DNA of 64,000 bases from Paraspadella gotoi (lineage: Eukaryota > Animalia > Chaetognatha): positions 4,905,581-4,969,580 of the forward strand of contig JBJCIZ010000239.1 in NCBI GenBank assembly GCA_051294375.1, written 5' to 3'. Of this stretch, positions 36,162 to 49,290 are shown in pieces. The notes under the pieces were generated by a model, which was given only the letters and a program-made list of their open reading frames with translations, ran no database searches and had not been told where the DNA came from. The translations under genes were made by a program, and so were the position numbers. Numbering within the stretch: the stretch's first letter is position 1; each line of letters opens with the position of its first letter.

Positions 36162-37231
36162 AACTTATCCTTCTCAGCGCGCTTTTCCCCGGCACGGGCG
36201 CAGCCCTTCATGCACCGATAAGCGGCATCGCCAAACTTCAGATGAAAGTGACAAATTTGGCTGAGGCCTGAGGATCGCGGAGCCGAGTTTGACGGGTTTT
36301 GGCGTTGCGGATTAGTGGGCGGCGCTGCGGGGTGGCGCTGCTGTGAGCGAGGGTGCTCGTTGCGGCGTCGGTCGACCGCGTGGATCTCCAGAGGCTCTCC
36401 TTCGTCATTGGAATCAGATTGAAAACCGTCGTTGTCGATGGCGTTGATCAGGGACGCCGAGCTCTTATGAAGAGGCTTGCCATCAGCGTCAAAGTGTTTG
36501 TCGGCGGCTTGAGCGAGTTCTGCCGCTGATGATTCCTCTGCTCGGTCGATGAGATTGGCGCGAATCTCAGGCGGAAGGCCACGCATCAGCAATTCTTTTC
36601 TGATGTCGTCGATTGACACAGTCGCAGACTTTTCGACCATGCGGGCGAGATGTTGGGATGGTCGCATCCCGTCACGGCCGATCTTTCCATCGAGAAGTGT
36701 TTCCGCCTGGCGGCGCCGCGTCAAACCGTATTCGTCACGGAGGTATTGGAGGAACGCTGACCAATTTTCCTCTGTCGCGTCGCCGTAGAGAAAGGTATTG
36801 ATACGAGGATTCAAATCGACGGCCAGTTTCGATTCAACAAAGGCAAACTTGTCCTTAGGGAGCGTCACTCTTGCTCGAGCATAGGCTGCCTCAACGCGTT
36901 TGATCCATATCTCGATATTGTTTCTGTCGAAGGGTGGAAGTTCCGGTTTCCGCGGCTTCTCTGCGCGAGATAGAGCGTCTTGTGCGGCTTTGGTCGCTGC
37001 CATTGCGGCGTCAAGAGCGGCGCGAAGTGCGTCGACCTCGCCTTGAGACGGTGGGGCTTCGGCCATGTTGTTGGCAGGCGAGGGAGGCGCAAATTCGAAA
37101 CGCGGAGTTTCGACGGCGTCGGCAGTGACGCTGGGCGAAGGTGAGCGATTTCGATTATAAATGCCAGGCGGATAGATGACGTTCGGATGGCGGAGTCGCG
37201 TGGCCTGGCGTGTCTGGCGTTGGTCACTCAT
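36131..37231 (-). CDS. gag: Gag protein with CHCC zinc knuckle
   Basis: 366 aa; PELPPFDRNNIEIWIKRVE capsid N-terminus; CHFHLKFGDAAYRCMKGC (C-x2-H-x9-C-x3-C), typical of the CsRn1 clade. Confidence 0.93.
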   Translation of the reverse strand: MSDQRQTRQATRLRHPNVIYPPGIYNRNRSPSPSVTADAVETPRFEFAPPSPANNMAEAPPSQGEVDALRAALDAAMAATKAAQDALSRAEKPRKPELPPFDRNNIEIWIKRVEAAYARARVTLPKDKFAFVESKLAVDLNPRINTFLYGDATEENWSAFLQYLRDEYGLTRRRQAETLLDGKIGRDGMRPSQHLARMVEKSATVSIDDIRKELLMRGLPPEIRANLIDRAEESSAAELAQAADKHFDADGKPLHKSSASLINAIDNDGFQSDSNDEGEPLEIHAVDRRRNEHPRSQQRHPAAPPTNPQRQNPSNSAPRSSGLSQICHFHLKFGDAAYRCMKGCARAGEKRAEKDKLGNGLAGRRR

Positions 37232-37254
37232 GGATTCAGAAGGTTGGTAAAGTT

Positions 37255-37270
37255 ACAGTCGGTCTCACCA
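37255..37270 (-). promoter_or_regulatory. Primer-binding site TGGTGAGACCGACTGT (tRNA-Trp-like, imperfect)
   Basis: 1 nt after the 5' LTR end; resembles the Trp PBS TGGTGACCCCGAC with mismatches. Confidence 0.6.
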
Positions 37271-37271
37271 A

Positions 37272-37840
37272 TGTGGCGAGACGCCGGATTATAATTGTCG
37301 GCGTTAACTTGAAGGACGCCGTAGACTTGGCGACGTGCTGGAGAGGATCGTCAGGGTCTGCCAAGTGGCGGTCGGCACAAGTTGAAAGTTCTTGGATTGT
37401 TCCAATCGGGTAAAATCAGTTAGTGAACAAGTTCTTAATTTGTTCCATTAGCATTGTATTAAATACCTTAATAAAATAATCAAAGCATATGATATTCAAT
37501 ACAATGCAATTAACACTTAAAAGAAATTTGATTAACAATTGCAATAATCAAATAACAATTATTAAATCAATAATTAACAGTAACGATTGGTAGAATTAGA
37601 TGACTCCATTTTGTATAGTTGAAACTAGGAGAAATAGTGAATTATCTTCACTCAACAATAATTATAATTAAACTCGCTAGATGGCATAGTTAATATAGTA
37701 TGAATAGATTGTTATATGTCTAAAATAAGTGACAGTAATAATTGATATAAGTTTTATATAGGGAACTTGAGAAGTGAGGCAGATGTGAGCTCACAGTGAT
37801 TACTCACTCGTGGCTCAGAGATTCGGGGATCGAATCCACA
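37272..37840 (-). repeat. 5' LTR
   Basis: Direct repeat of 32080-32655 differing by small indels and substitutions. Confidence 0.95.
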
Positions 37841-38061
37841 TTTCTTTCTATCAACTTTTTATGACGAATACAAATCTGCAAAAAAATCTTAGAAAAAACT
37901 TTTTTGAAATTTTAACATTTAATAGATTAGTACTAGTATATATATGGCCTACTGCGTAAATTGTAAAATTTATTATAAATTTTTTTATTAGTATAATGTT
38001 GTTCGTTTCTCACTTTTAGAATTTTAATTAAAGTTAAATTTAAAAATTTTATTACGCCTTA
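37841..38061 (-). mobile_element. Truncated MITE (same family as 43633-44252)
   Basis: Reverse complement of 43633-43875; ends ATTACGCCTTA. Confidence 0.7.
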
Positions 38062-38523
38062 TTGCGTAATGAATTTTCACTATGTAGTCATCGTATTCGC
38101 ATTATTCTTACCAACCTAGTATTTGTTATACGAAGGTTGTTTTAACTATTAAATTACAGCATTTTACATTTGATAAATTTTTGCTAACAAAGACGTCAAC
38201 AAAAATTCATTGTGAAATTATGTCTTGACCATTTGTTTTGTTTTGTTGCTTTGTTTCTACTTTTTCACCTCTGTATTTCTTCTGTATTTATTTTGATTTA
38301 ATGACGACCTCAACCATGATCGACCATGTTTTAATTTAAGATTTTCCACAATCCATTCATTTTAAAAACAAAGCTATCTTACCCCTAGATTTGGCTACTG
38401 TATAGTATACTGACAAATATGTGATAAACGTTATTATAACGGTTATACAATAAAACTGATTTTTTATTTTGCAAAAAACCACGATTTTTCGACTCTATAG
38501 TTCGAGTCTTTGGTTTTTGGAAG

Positions 38524-38586
<63 letters not shown>

Positions 38587-39084
38587 AGAAAGGGAGAGAG
38601 AGAGAAAGGAGAGAGACAGAGAAAGGAGAGAGAGAGAAAGAGAGAAAATGAGGCAGAGTTTCCAACCAAGAATTTATTAAAGGATAGTGGTAGTAAAAAA
38701 AGAGACGCACCAAGTTGCTACAGGTTTGGGAGAGGCATTAGACGTCCAGTACCTGCCGAGAGGCTTACTTTTAGCTCTTTCTTTTCTTAAATTTCACTAA
38801 ACTTTTATTTTATCTATCCATCACCACTTATCTCTCCATTTCAACTTTTGCTTTTTACTTAATAATTTATTCATTTTTTGTTATTTCAAATGTTAGACTA
38901 ATCTTAATTTTTTTCCAAATTTATCTTTGTGTTGTACATTGTCAAAAATGTAATTATTTCTATCTCTCTCCCACATTTTACCATTTCAATTTAACTTCTA
39001 CTTCCTTGTCCCTACCTTCACCTGTCTTCACATCTGACCACTATCCTTTACTCAATTCTTTGTTGGAAACTCTCCCTCAATTTC

Positions 39085-39117
<33 letters not shown>

Positions 39118-39201
39118 AACTCAATGTTTGTAGAAAAATTCCTTCCAAATTTTTTTAAAATGTAAAAATATGAAAATTATTTAAGGTATATTTTTTTACA
39201 G

Positions 39202-40616
39202 GAAGTATTTGTTGAATATAACAATGAAAACATGAGAAAATTGCTTCCTCAACCTTGCAAAATGACTTCTGAATCTTGGCATTATCAAGTGAATGATGAA
39301 AAAAATTTACGTATTGTTCCAAAACCTCCAAGTGAAAATGAAAGTAAAACTGTTAGCACTGAGCATATGAGTATCACAGTACATGAACCTTCTGTGGAGA
39401 ATCAAGAACATGAAAAAACTTCTCAAGATCAAAGTGTTCTTCAAAATGCGGAGACCAAACCAAAACAGGCTTTTGACACAGTAGAAATAATTCCTGAACA
39501 ATTTTTGTTTCAGGTATATATTTTGAAATTAGTTTTTGATATAATAGATTTATCAAAAGTAAAGCAGTTTGAAGATATCAAGGATTGTATCTTCACTAAG
39601 TGCAAATCGGCCGGACTGAGTGTGAGGAAAGGCTATCTGGACCAAAACACAGAACAATTTATCCAGGAAAATCCCTCCACTAATTATGGAGTGAATTTAC
39701 AAATCCAAAATTCGGAAATGAGCGGTAATGTAGTTGGCGTCATAGACGCCGGGGTCAAGTTGCCGGGTGCTTCAGATGCTGAAAGAGTTACTGTACAGGA
39801 TTTACCAGAAAATCTACAGAGTTTAAAGGGGTCTATTTGGGGGGTAATCAAATAACTTATATGGATGGAAAACCTGTTGACGTCTCTGCCTCAGCACCAA
39901 ACCCCAATCCATCAAGTGATGCTACCATTGAATCACCAGTTGAAAGCAATGAGACAGTCCGTTTTCCCCGATTTTTTAATTTTTTAAAGAAAATACTATT
40001 CCACCTCAAGAGGGGCCAGCTGGTTCATATCATTTGCGGGATTTTAGCTTTTATCTTGGGTGTCGCTCACGCCGCCAAGGACCCCAATGGACCCGATGGC
40101 CTAAACACAGCTGGAATTTACGTGAGCGTTATTTTTTTGATTACCGGATTTCGTGGCAAAAAAGATTCGATGATGAACCTGGTTGGTTACATAATGATTA
40201 TCATTCTACTGGCTTTTCCAATTTCTATCATGCTGTTGTCATTCTCAGTAATTAAAATATTTGGCACAACAAAAGCGTTGCCCGAACTTCTCACCACCGT
40301 CGCCATTGTCGAAATGATCAACTGCATCTTCAGCATCGTAATGACGTCGGTTGAACTTTGCTGTGGCAAATATAGGCAGGGCTGCACAGGAAGCACAGGA
40401 GTTCGGGAGGGAAATGACTTGCTGGTGGTGTATGTGCCAATGGACAATCGAGGGCAGATGTGGACGGACCCTCGAGGTCAGATGATGTTCTTTGTCCCTT
40501 GGTACACAAATGTCCCATTGGCTCAGGCATTTACATCAGATGGCAAGAATTTTAAACAGTTAACATCGAATTTGCTTAACCCTTGGGAACATGTAGCTGG
40601 CAGTATTCCCACTTAG
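39202..40616 (+). CDS. MS4A/CD20-like four-transmembrane protein with long N-terminal region; one apparent frameshift in a G6 run (39839-39844)
   Basis: Acceptor TTTTTTTACAG at 39191-39201 with the frame open from 39202; ORFs 39232-39855 and 39837-40616 overlap; four TM segments GQLVHIICGILAFILG, AGIYVSVIFLITG, LVGYIMIIILLAFPISIMLLSFSV, LLTTVAIVEMINCIFSIV followed by CC. Confidence 0.7.
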
Positions 40617-41394
40617 GGTATTTTAGACAATTTAAATTTTGGAATTTGAATAATTGTCATCACTGATAAGTATAGGACATTTCTCAGTGAAAGAAACGGT
40701 TGTGTATAATTATTTTTTCCTTGTAACAAAGAGCACACTAGGTAGTTTTCAATGCCTTCAAAATACGGTAAGACCTGATTTCTTTCATGACAATCAATTT
40801 TAACATCATTTATATTAAGAGAACTTTTCAGAAAAGAGGCAACACATAATCTTTTTGTTTCTTACCCTCTCTTTTTATTTTTTCCTCTCTCTTTTTCCTT
40901 TTCTGGCGAGCGCAACATTTTAAAGTAAGTTTGGTTGTCTAGCAGATATCTACGCAAAATCTTGTCAGTGGTTGCCTAGCAGATTTTTCCGAAAAATCTT
41001 GTGGATTCAGAGAAAAAAATATCCTGCGCTTACCCTTAAATTTAAATGATGCGGTTTTTTTGTTTTATTAACTTCAGTACCTCAACTATAAAATGACTGA
41101 GAAACATCGTCTTTCTAACAAAAAAATGCAAGTCACAAAAAGTCAAAAATTTTTAATATAATTTTTTAGGCGTTGAAACCTACTGAACCTACTGAACCTA
41201 CTACAATATATTTTATTTTGATTTCAACTAATTCAAAGCATTTTTGCTTAATATAATGTAATAAAAACTAAAACTGAAATCCCAATGAAATCACTAAGCA
41301 GTTTCACTATGTACTTTTTTAAAAATAGCTATCGTTAAAACTTATGCTAAACAACGATGTATCATTCTCAAAGATTTAGTAGGCCTGTCATAAC

Positions 41395-41942
41395 AAGTTT
41401 TTAATGTCTTGTTTATGAAACTTATGTCCGTCCTTCTGTCTGTCTGTTCGTCTGTCCATCCCCCTGAGCTTTGAACGCCAATTACTCATGTGTGGATAGG
41501 GCGATTAACCTGAAATATTGCTTGTGGGTTTAGAAGCATATGATTAAGTTGGAAATTAAGTTTCGATTGATTTGTCTGAGTATAAATCAGTTTAAATGGA
41601 AAAAACATAAATTGTGTTTAACTATTTAATTTTGTTTGTTTAAACATTAACACAAAAAGTAAATGCATGTTGCAACAACAACTACTATAATTATAACAAA
41701 CACTACAATCATAAATAACACCATAATCACCACAACTACCATAATTACCATAAAAACCATAACAAACATGACCTGAATTGTCACCAGAATTAAAACCACT
41801 ATCACATGAAAAAACTAAAAAGTTGGTGAATAGTATTAAATAAAAAAAGAGTTTGCAAGATTAATCATAACTTATCATCTGATTCATTGCTTACCGCTAA
41901 GTGACCGTGTACAGATCCGGCTTTGTTTGCCCAAACTTGTTG
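41395..41942 (+). mobile_element. Diverged HINE
   Basis: (GTCY)n tract, family core, 3' end CAGATCCGGCTTTGTTTGCCCAAACTTGTT. Confidence 0.55.
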
Positions 41943-43209
41943 ACTTGTAAATTCAATTTGATATGATGAATTTATTATCTCTAGCTTTGCATAACTTAGA
42001 AGATGACATTAACAGAGAAAACATCATAAATATTTGTCAGATATAAAGGATATTTGGTAAAAACCTTTATAAATTGTAAGAAGCTCCTCTGATTTTTTGA
42101 CATTTGTAAAGTATCATGAGTGACATTCTTTTTGTTTTTCCTAAATACGGCATACTGTACTTACAGATTTCTTCTCATATTATCTGTTGACTGGTCTAAT
42201 TTATCATGTCATTGGTTTACATTGCTTTAAAAAAAAATGTAAGGAATATTTGCTTGTATAAATTTGTACTTTTCACATTATTTACTGTTTTAATACATAT
42301 TGCTCTTTATCATAATCTTGTTGATAATCTGTCAGCAATGTACTACACAAAGTCAGATATAATGGTAGTGACTTCATAATCGCATTGTGAGGGATTACTA
42401 AGGTTTAAAAAATTGTATGCAGTATTAAGATGGATTAAAATAATTGTAATCAAAAATGATTTCGCCTTTTACACTAAAAATTACAGAGGTAACAAACTGG
42501 TTCTCTTTTCCAAGAGTACCCTATTTCTGTTCGATTATCCCAGAATTTAATATTAACCAAATCCCTAACCCAAACCTTATCCTAAATTGTAACCCTAAAC
42601 CTTTATACCCGATTTCTAACCCTAACCTCTAACCCTAAACTCTAGTCCCTCACCCAAATCCCTAACCTTAATCACAAACCAAGTCCCTAACCACAATCAA
42701 TATCAAATCCATAACCTAATTCCTATACCTAGCCTGTAATATACTCTTAAACTAAAAAAATTAACCTTGTTTTGAATTTAAGATAGTTAACTAAATTTTA
42801 ACTTAATCCGTGGGTTCAAACCAACCAAATTAAACCGTGTTTTTTAGAACATTTAATCTTCAATACCAACTTTTTCCCACTATTATTAAACATGGTGGAT
42901 AAGTTGTGTCGTATTCATAATGAACTGCGATTAGTCTGCGAGGCTCACAAACACTTAATATTTTAACGGTTTCCATTTAGTTTATCCGTCACTTTCTTGG
43001 CGCGACATTGACTTACGATAGAATTAAAAGTTGAGAATTAAAAAACAAGAACGGTAATTCCAAAGTGTTGCGCCGCAGTGAATTTATTTTCATGTGTATT
43101 TCCCTTTGATGGTATGATATGATATGATATGACATGAATAAATAACTTATTTGCCCGGTTATTTAAGACATGCACTGCATCAAAATTCTGTCTTTTATTC
43201 TTTAGTTTT

Positions 43210-43313
43210 AGTGGGACAGACCGACGGATAGACATACTGACCAACCGATGGACCGACTGACCGAAAAGTGACTTATAGAGTTGCTCCGCGAGTAATCGCG
43301 GCGCAACTAAAAT
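43210..43313 (-). mobile_element. Short HINE-like element of a second family (also ~8005-8087 and ~59000-59070)
   Basis: (GACC)n-like tract plus terminal hairpin AGTTGCTCCGCGA-GTAA-TCGCGGCGCAACT-AAAA. Confidence 0.55.
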
Positions 43314-43632
43314 ATTGTAGATTAAAATTGAAAAAAAGGAAAAAAGGCGAGAAGCGGGAACGAAGAAAAAGGAGGGAAAGTGTGAAGAAAAAGACAACCG
43401 CTGAAAACCGATTCTTAGAAGAGAAGTGAAAAAGTATGTTGAGTATGTTTAGTAATAATAATGAGTATGTATTTTTTTAATATTAGTACTTACTTAGACA
43501 ACTTTGTTATCTTAAATTTTATTATTGAGACAAAAGATTTGAACGTGTTTTAGTTACAACAGTTTCTTTTTTTGGTACCGCATTTTAGGTGAAAGTTCTT
43601 ACAAGGAAAATAAAGCTATCTATGTTATCTAT

Positions 43633-44252
43633 TAAGGCGTAGTAAAATTTCTAAATTTAACTTTAATAATTAAAATTCTAAAGTGAGGAACGAACAACAT
43701 TATAACTAATGAACATTTATGTAATAAAAAAATTTATAATAAAATTTTACAATTTACGCAGTAGGCCATATTTATACTAGTAACTAAACCAATAAATGTT
43801 AAAAATTTAAAAACAGTTTTTTCTTAGATTTTTTGGCAGATTTTGGATTCGTCATAAAAAGTTGATAGAAGAAATATAATTCTTTTTGAAAAATTCCTTC
43901 ATTAAGTGGGTCAAAATTAAAAAAAGCTATATTTTAAGCTGAAAATTAATTTTTTATATATTAAATATAGTTTTTTTAATTTTTTAACCTAATTAATGAA
44001 AGAATTTTAAAAATGATTTATATTTTTTTTATTAACTTTTACGAGGAATTCCAAATCTGCAATCAAAATTAATAAAAGCCTATTTTGAAAAATTTCGATT
44101 TATAAGGATAGTACTATATATAAAATATAGCCTAACTGCGAAAATTAAAAAACATAAAATGAATTTTTTTTTACAAATTAATGTTCACATGATAGGTATG
44201 TTGTTCATAATTGACTTTTAGAATTTTCGTATATAACTTTCACTACGCCTTA
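43633..44252 (+). mobile_element. MITE with TAAGGCGTAGT/ACTACGCCTTA TIRs
   Basis: 11-bp inverted termini, AT-rich interior, partial second copy at 37841-38061. Confidence 0.7.
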
Positions 44253-44489
44253 TTATCTATGTTATCTATGTTTTTACAAAATTTATATTGTTCTACAAAC
44301 GACATTTTTTCGTTAATTCCTTAAACTCAAAAAACAACAAAAAGAGAAAGATCAAATACAATGTCTACGATTCAAGCTAATCTATGTTTTTAAAAAAATC
44401 AAAAAATCAAATTGAAATACGGAATGAGATACGGGAGATGTGAAATATGAAATCTTTTAAACGAGAAAATTAAACAAGAAAACGAGAAA

Positions 44490-44543
44490 TGTATCTCTCT
44501 CTCTCTTTCCCTTCTCCCTGTCTCACTATCTCTCTCTTCTCTC

Positions 44544-44576
<33 letters not shown>

Positions 44577-44769
44577 TCTCATCTCATCTCTCTCTCTCTC
44601 TCTCTTCTCTTCCTCTCTTCTCTCTCTTCTCTCTTTTTCTTAAAAATTATTGTTTTTGTCGTCATCTTGAGTTAATCACAAAAAGTTCAAGCGAAATTTG
44701 ATTCTCTTAAAAATGGAAATTTAAACAGTCAAGAGAGATTACCGTCACTATATCTCTCTCTCTCTCTCG

Positions 44770-44815
<46 letters not shown>

Positions 44816-44927
44816 CTCTCTTTCTCTCTCCCCAAGTTTGTCGTCTGTCTCTTTCCTTTATTCTGTTTTCTTATCTCTGTATTTTTTTTACCAGGAAATA
44901 GTCACAGAGAGAGTGAGAAATATAGAA

Positions 44928-45003
<76 letters not shown>

Positions 45004-46103
45004 GCAAGCAACAGCCATGCGCTGAGCCTTTCCTCCCGAGAGAAATGAATGCAGAATCAGAAAAGTCATTGCAAAGCGCGGCGGAGCTCAAGAAAAGAGA
45101 GCGAGAGATAGGTTGAGCAAAAAAAAAATAGAGAGGTAGAAAATATAGAAGGGCTTTTAAAGTTAGAAGAAAAAGTAGTAGAAAGTGTGTGTGAGTAAAA
45201 AGAGAGAGAGAGAAACCATTCTTTTATACAACAATTAGTCAGTAAATGAAAAATAGTTTATTTAAAACAATATTATTTATGAATAAAAACGCTGACAGTC
45301 AAGATTCGATTTGATTCGTTGAGTTTAACACATTGTCATGAATTGTTACCGAGCGGTACAACAAATATTTAGAATTTCTAATTACTGATTCATTAATAAC
45401 GCAACAAAGATAAGAAAAAAAGTTGTAAAAGAGAAGTAAAAAGGAGAAGTAAAAAAGAGAAGTAAAGAAAAGAGAAGTAAAAAAGAAAATAAAAAAAAGA
45501 AGTTCTAAAAAAAAAGGAGGAAAAAAAAAAAGTTCTAAAAAAGAGAGGTTCTAAAAAAGAAAAGTTATAAAAAAGAGAAGTTCTCAAAAATAGAAGTTCT
45601 TAAATAGAGAAGTTCTAAAAAAAGTGTTTTTAAAAAGAGAACTTCTAAAATAGAGAAGTTTTAAAAAAGAAATGTAAAAAAAAGAGAGGCGAATAGGCGC
45701 GTTTGGCATTCCATCCGCGGGGACCAATTCCCTTTGCCTCGGAAATAATCAAGGACCATCGAGGCGAAAGAAGGAAAATGCGTCTTGCGTCTCTCTCTCT
45801 ATCTCTCTCTCTCTCTTTTTGTTTTCTCTCTCTCTCAGTCTTCTCTTGTCTCTCTTCTCTCTCTCTGTCTCTCTCTCTCTCTCTCGTCTCTATCTCACTC
45901 TCTCTTTCTGTCATCTCTTTCTAATCGTCTTTCTCTCTGTCTCATCTCTGCTCTTCTCTCTGTTTTGTCTCTCTATCTCTCTCTCTCTTTCTCTATCCCT
46001 CTCTCTCTATATATATATATCTCTCTCTGTTTGTCTCTTTTTTCATCTCTCTCTCTCTTTATCTCTCTTTTTTTCTCTCTCTCTTTCTCTTTCTCTCTTT
46101 CTC

Positions 46104-46169
<66 letters not shown>

Positions 46170-47122
46170 CCTCTCCGGCTCTCATGAAAATACTATTTTC
46201 GGTTTTTTGCAAGCATGCCGAAAGAGGGAGTAAGAATGGAAAGAGGGAGAGAATAATGAGAAGAAGAAAAAGAAGAAGAAAAAGAGGAGGAGGAAGAAGA
46301 AAAGAAAGAGGAAGAGGAGGAAGAGGAAAAGAATAAGAAAAAGAAGAAGGAAGAGGAGGAGGAGGATGTTGAGGATTGGCGCCTTCAACTTCCGACGCAA
46401 AATCTGAAGATCCGATCGACTGAATCTTTTGTTTTGGAATATGACAGAAAATGGGGGGGGGCTGGTGTTGTTGCTGCTGTTTATCTCCTTCTTGCTGTTG
46501 TAGTTGTCGCTTTCGCTTTCTTCGTTGGTTAAGGATCAGGGTTAAGGGTTATGTGGTTAAAAAAAGGAATGGAGGAATACGGAGAAAAACATTAGGAAAA
46601 AAAATCCCTCCCGAAGATTCACGGGCCTTTAAATTCGCTAAATCATATTTTGAAATTTTTTTTAGGTTCATTTTATATTTATTCAGTTATTTGTTCATTA
46701 ATTTGGTCGATCAATGATTCATTAGAACATTCTTTAATTCACATATTTAATTATTCTTTGAATTCATTTATTCATTCGATAAGTTTTTTAATCATTAATT
46801 CGATTCATTCAGTCATCAATTCAATTCGTTCATTCATTCATTCATTCATTCATTCTTCTATTCGATTCATTCATTCATTCATTCATTCATTCATTTTTTC
46901 AATGATTCATCCATTTATTCGTTCCTTTATTCATTCATTCGATTCATTCATTCATTAGATTCAATCATTCAATCATTCATCCATTCATTTCCCACTATTA
47001 TCCAACCATTCATTCGCTTCTTTCCTTTCCGCATCTGACTTTCCCCTCACGCTCGACTTTCATTCGTTGACGCGCGTCGTCGACCGATTCGAGAAAAGAC
47101 CCTTTTGTTTTCTCAGTCTCTC

Positions 47123-47153
<31 letters not shown>

Positions 47154-47158
47154 TCTCG

Positions 47159-47196
<38 letters not shown>

Positions 47197-48289
47197 CTTC
47201 TTTCCCTCACCCTCTCTCTCTCTTTTGGCTCTAGCTCTCTCTCCTTTTCTCACTATCTTCTCTCTATATATATTGTCTCTCTTTCCTCCCTCTCTCCCCT
47301 TTTTCACTCCTCCGTCTCTCGCCTCTCGTCCCTTGCTCTCCCCCTCTCTCCCTTTCCCGCGTCTTAATTTTTCTCCATAGATGTCACCGGCTGAAAACAT
47401 ATGATCAACATTAAGACGTCTCTTTTTCACTCTTCGCTGTTCCTTTGTTTGTCCTTTCTCTTCTTTTCGGGGTTTAATTGTTTTCTCACCGCCAGAGGGA
47501 GAAACTGGGAAAAGTTTGAAGGAAAAGAAAAGAAAAGGGAAAAGGAAAATAAACGACCACGGTTATATTATGTGAAATTAAAAAAGGGAATCGCTAATGA
47601 TATTGAAAACAAGTTCGAGCAAACAATGCTTTTGATCAGATTATAAGGTATGATTAATTGGACGATCTCTTTGTTATTTAATATATTTGATTAACTATCA
47701 AAATTCAAGATATTTTCTAGCAGTCTACAAAGAAAAAAAAATTCAATAATGAAACATAATTTTTTTTTCATTTAAACTCATTTCCACTCAGAAGATTACA
47801 TCAAAACTTAATGTCCAGCTTTATGTCAGCATTGACAGATCGTCGGGTATTGATGCTCTTCGTCATTGACCGATCGGAGCATTGACTTAAAATATTAACC
47901 AATTGTGACATTGACAAAGTGCAGCATTGAACAATCGCGGCATTTACTGATTGAAGCGTTGACCAATTGTGGCATTGACCGATTGCGGCATTGATTGATT
48001 GCAGCATTTGATCGAATGCGGCATTGACCGATTGCGTCATTTAAGCATTGACTGATAACAGCGTTTGATTGATTGCGGCATTGACCGACTGCAGCATTGA
48101 CCGATTGCGGCATTGACCGAAAGCAGCATTGACCGATTGCGGCATTGACCGAGGTATTGACCGATGCAGCCAATCTTCCTCTAGAGAGGGCGCGAGGTCG
48201 GCGTCCTCAGTTTGATCAGCGGAAAATCGCTTTTTTGCTTCCGTCGAAATAGGAAAGTGAGAGAGAGCAGAGAGAGGGAGAGAGAGACG

Positions 48290-48332
<43 letters not shown>

Positions 48333-48342
48333 GAGAGGAGAG

Positions 48343-48379
<37 letters not shown>

Positions 48380-48781
48380 AGGGAGGGAGAGAGAGGGAGG
48401 GAGAGAGAGAGGAGAAGAGCATCGAGAGAGAGAGAAGAGAAGAGAGGAAAGTGTGAGAGAATGAGAGATAGAAACAATAATAAGAAACTGAAAGACCGAT
48501 AAACAGTTATTCGGATAGAAACAGACAGACAGAGTAGAAGACAGACAACAAAAAAGACAGTCAAAGAAAGAAGAGGAGAGAAAAAGATTTGAGAGATGAG
48601 TGCAGAGACTCAAGAGAAAGGAAGAAGGCAGAGAGAGAGAGAGAGAGAGGAGGAGAGGAGAGAAGAGAGGAGAGAGGAGAGAAAAAAGAATCAGAAACAG
48701 AAAGACCAATTGACAGTCATTTGTATAAAAACAGACAGACAGAAACAGAGACAAAGAGAAGAGGGTGAGAGAGAGACACAC

Positions 48782-48814
<33 letters not shown>

Positions 48815-49245
48815 TGAGACGACAGAAGAGAAGAGAGAGAGAGAAGAGAGAGAGGTGGTCAGATTTCTATCAAGAAAGAAGATCCGTCGGAGGCCGAAAA
48901 AAGTTAAAAAAAATGGCGACAATCAAAATATTTGTTCTTTTTTTTTTCCTTGTTTTTTTTTCGGATCTCCAGTTGTTCCGGTTCTATTTTTGGCTCTTGA
49001 AGAAAATAGGACAAAGATAGAGAGGAAAGGACGAGAAGAGAAGACAAAGAGAGAGAGAGGAAAGAGAGAGAGAGAAGAGAGAGACGAGAGAGAGGAGAGA
49101 GAGATGAGAGAGAGAGAGAGAGAGAGATGAGAGAGAGCTTCTTTTCTTCGGCGCAGGGTGGCCAACGACGTTAAGCTTAAAATGTTTCCATTTAATTAAC
49201 AGAAAAGTATAATTAATAGATAATAATAATAATAATAATAATGAT

Positions 49246-49288
<43 letters not shown>

Positions 49289-49290
49289 GT
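44490..49290. repeat. Simple-repeat-rich region: (CT)n/(GA)n, (GAA)n, (TTCA)n, (AAT)n
   Basis: Directly visible microsatellites; source of the spurious SL/ER ORFs. Confidence 0.85.
47825..48170. repeat. ~16-bp minisatellite GCGGCATTGACCGATT
   Basis: Tandem degenerate units, adjacent to a HINE 3' end at ~47608. Confidence 0.8.

Larger units (their letters stand above)
32080..37840 (-). mobile_element. Full-length Ty3/Gypsy LTR retrotransposon, CsRn1/Kabuki-like clade
   Basis: Two near-identical ~570-bp LTRs (TGTGG...CCACA), PBS, PPT, open gag and pol (PR-RT-RH-IN order), CHCC Gag knuckle. Confidence 0.97.

Noticed and set aside
33685-37128. Antisense and alternate-frame ORFs within gag-pol
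   Set aside because: Expected in GC-rich coding DNA; no motifs recognised.
42560-42735. Telomere-like (CCCTAA) tract
   Set aside because: Degenerate interior of a MITE family also seen at 63060-63185; not a telomeric array.
45046-45116. Possible first exon MNAESEKSLQSAAELKKRERE with AG|GTTGAG donor
   Set aside because: Short, embedded in GA repeats, with no homology or downstream exon identifiable.
48913-49020. AAAATGGCGAC start with signal-peptide-like MATIKIFVLFFFLVFF
   Set aside because: The hydrophobicity comes from T-runs; there is no supporting exon structure.
44489-49165. Many SL- or ER-rich ORFs up to 293 aa
   Set aside because: Translations of (CT)n/(GA)n microsatellites.
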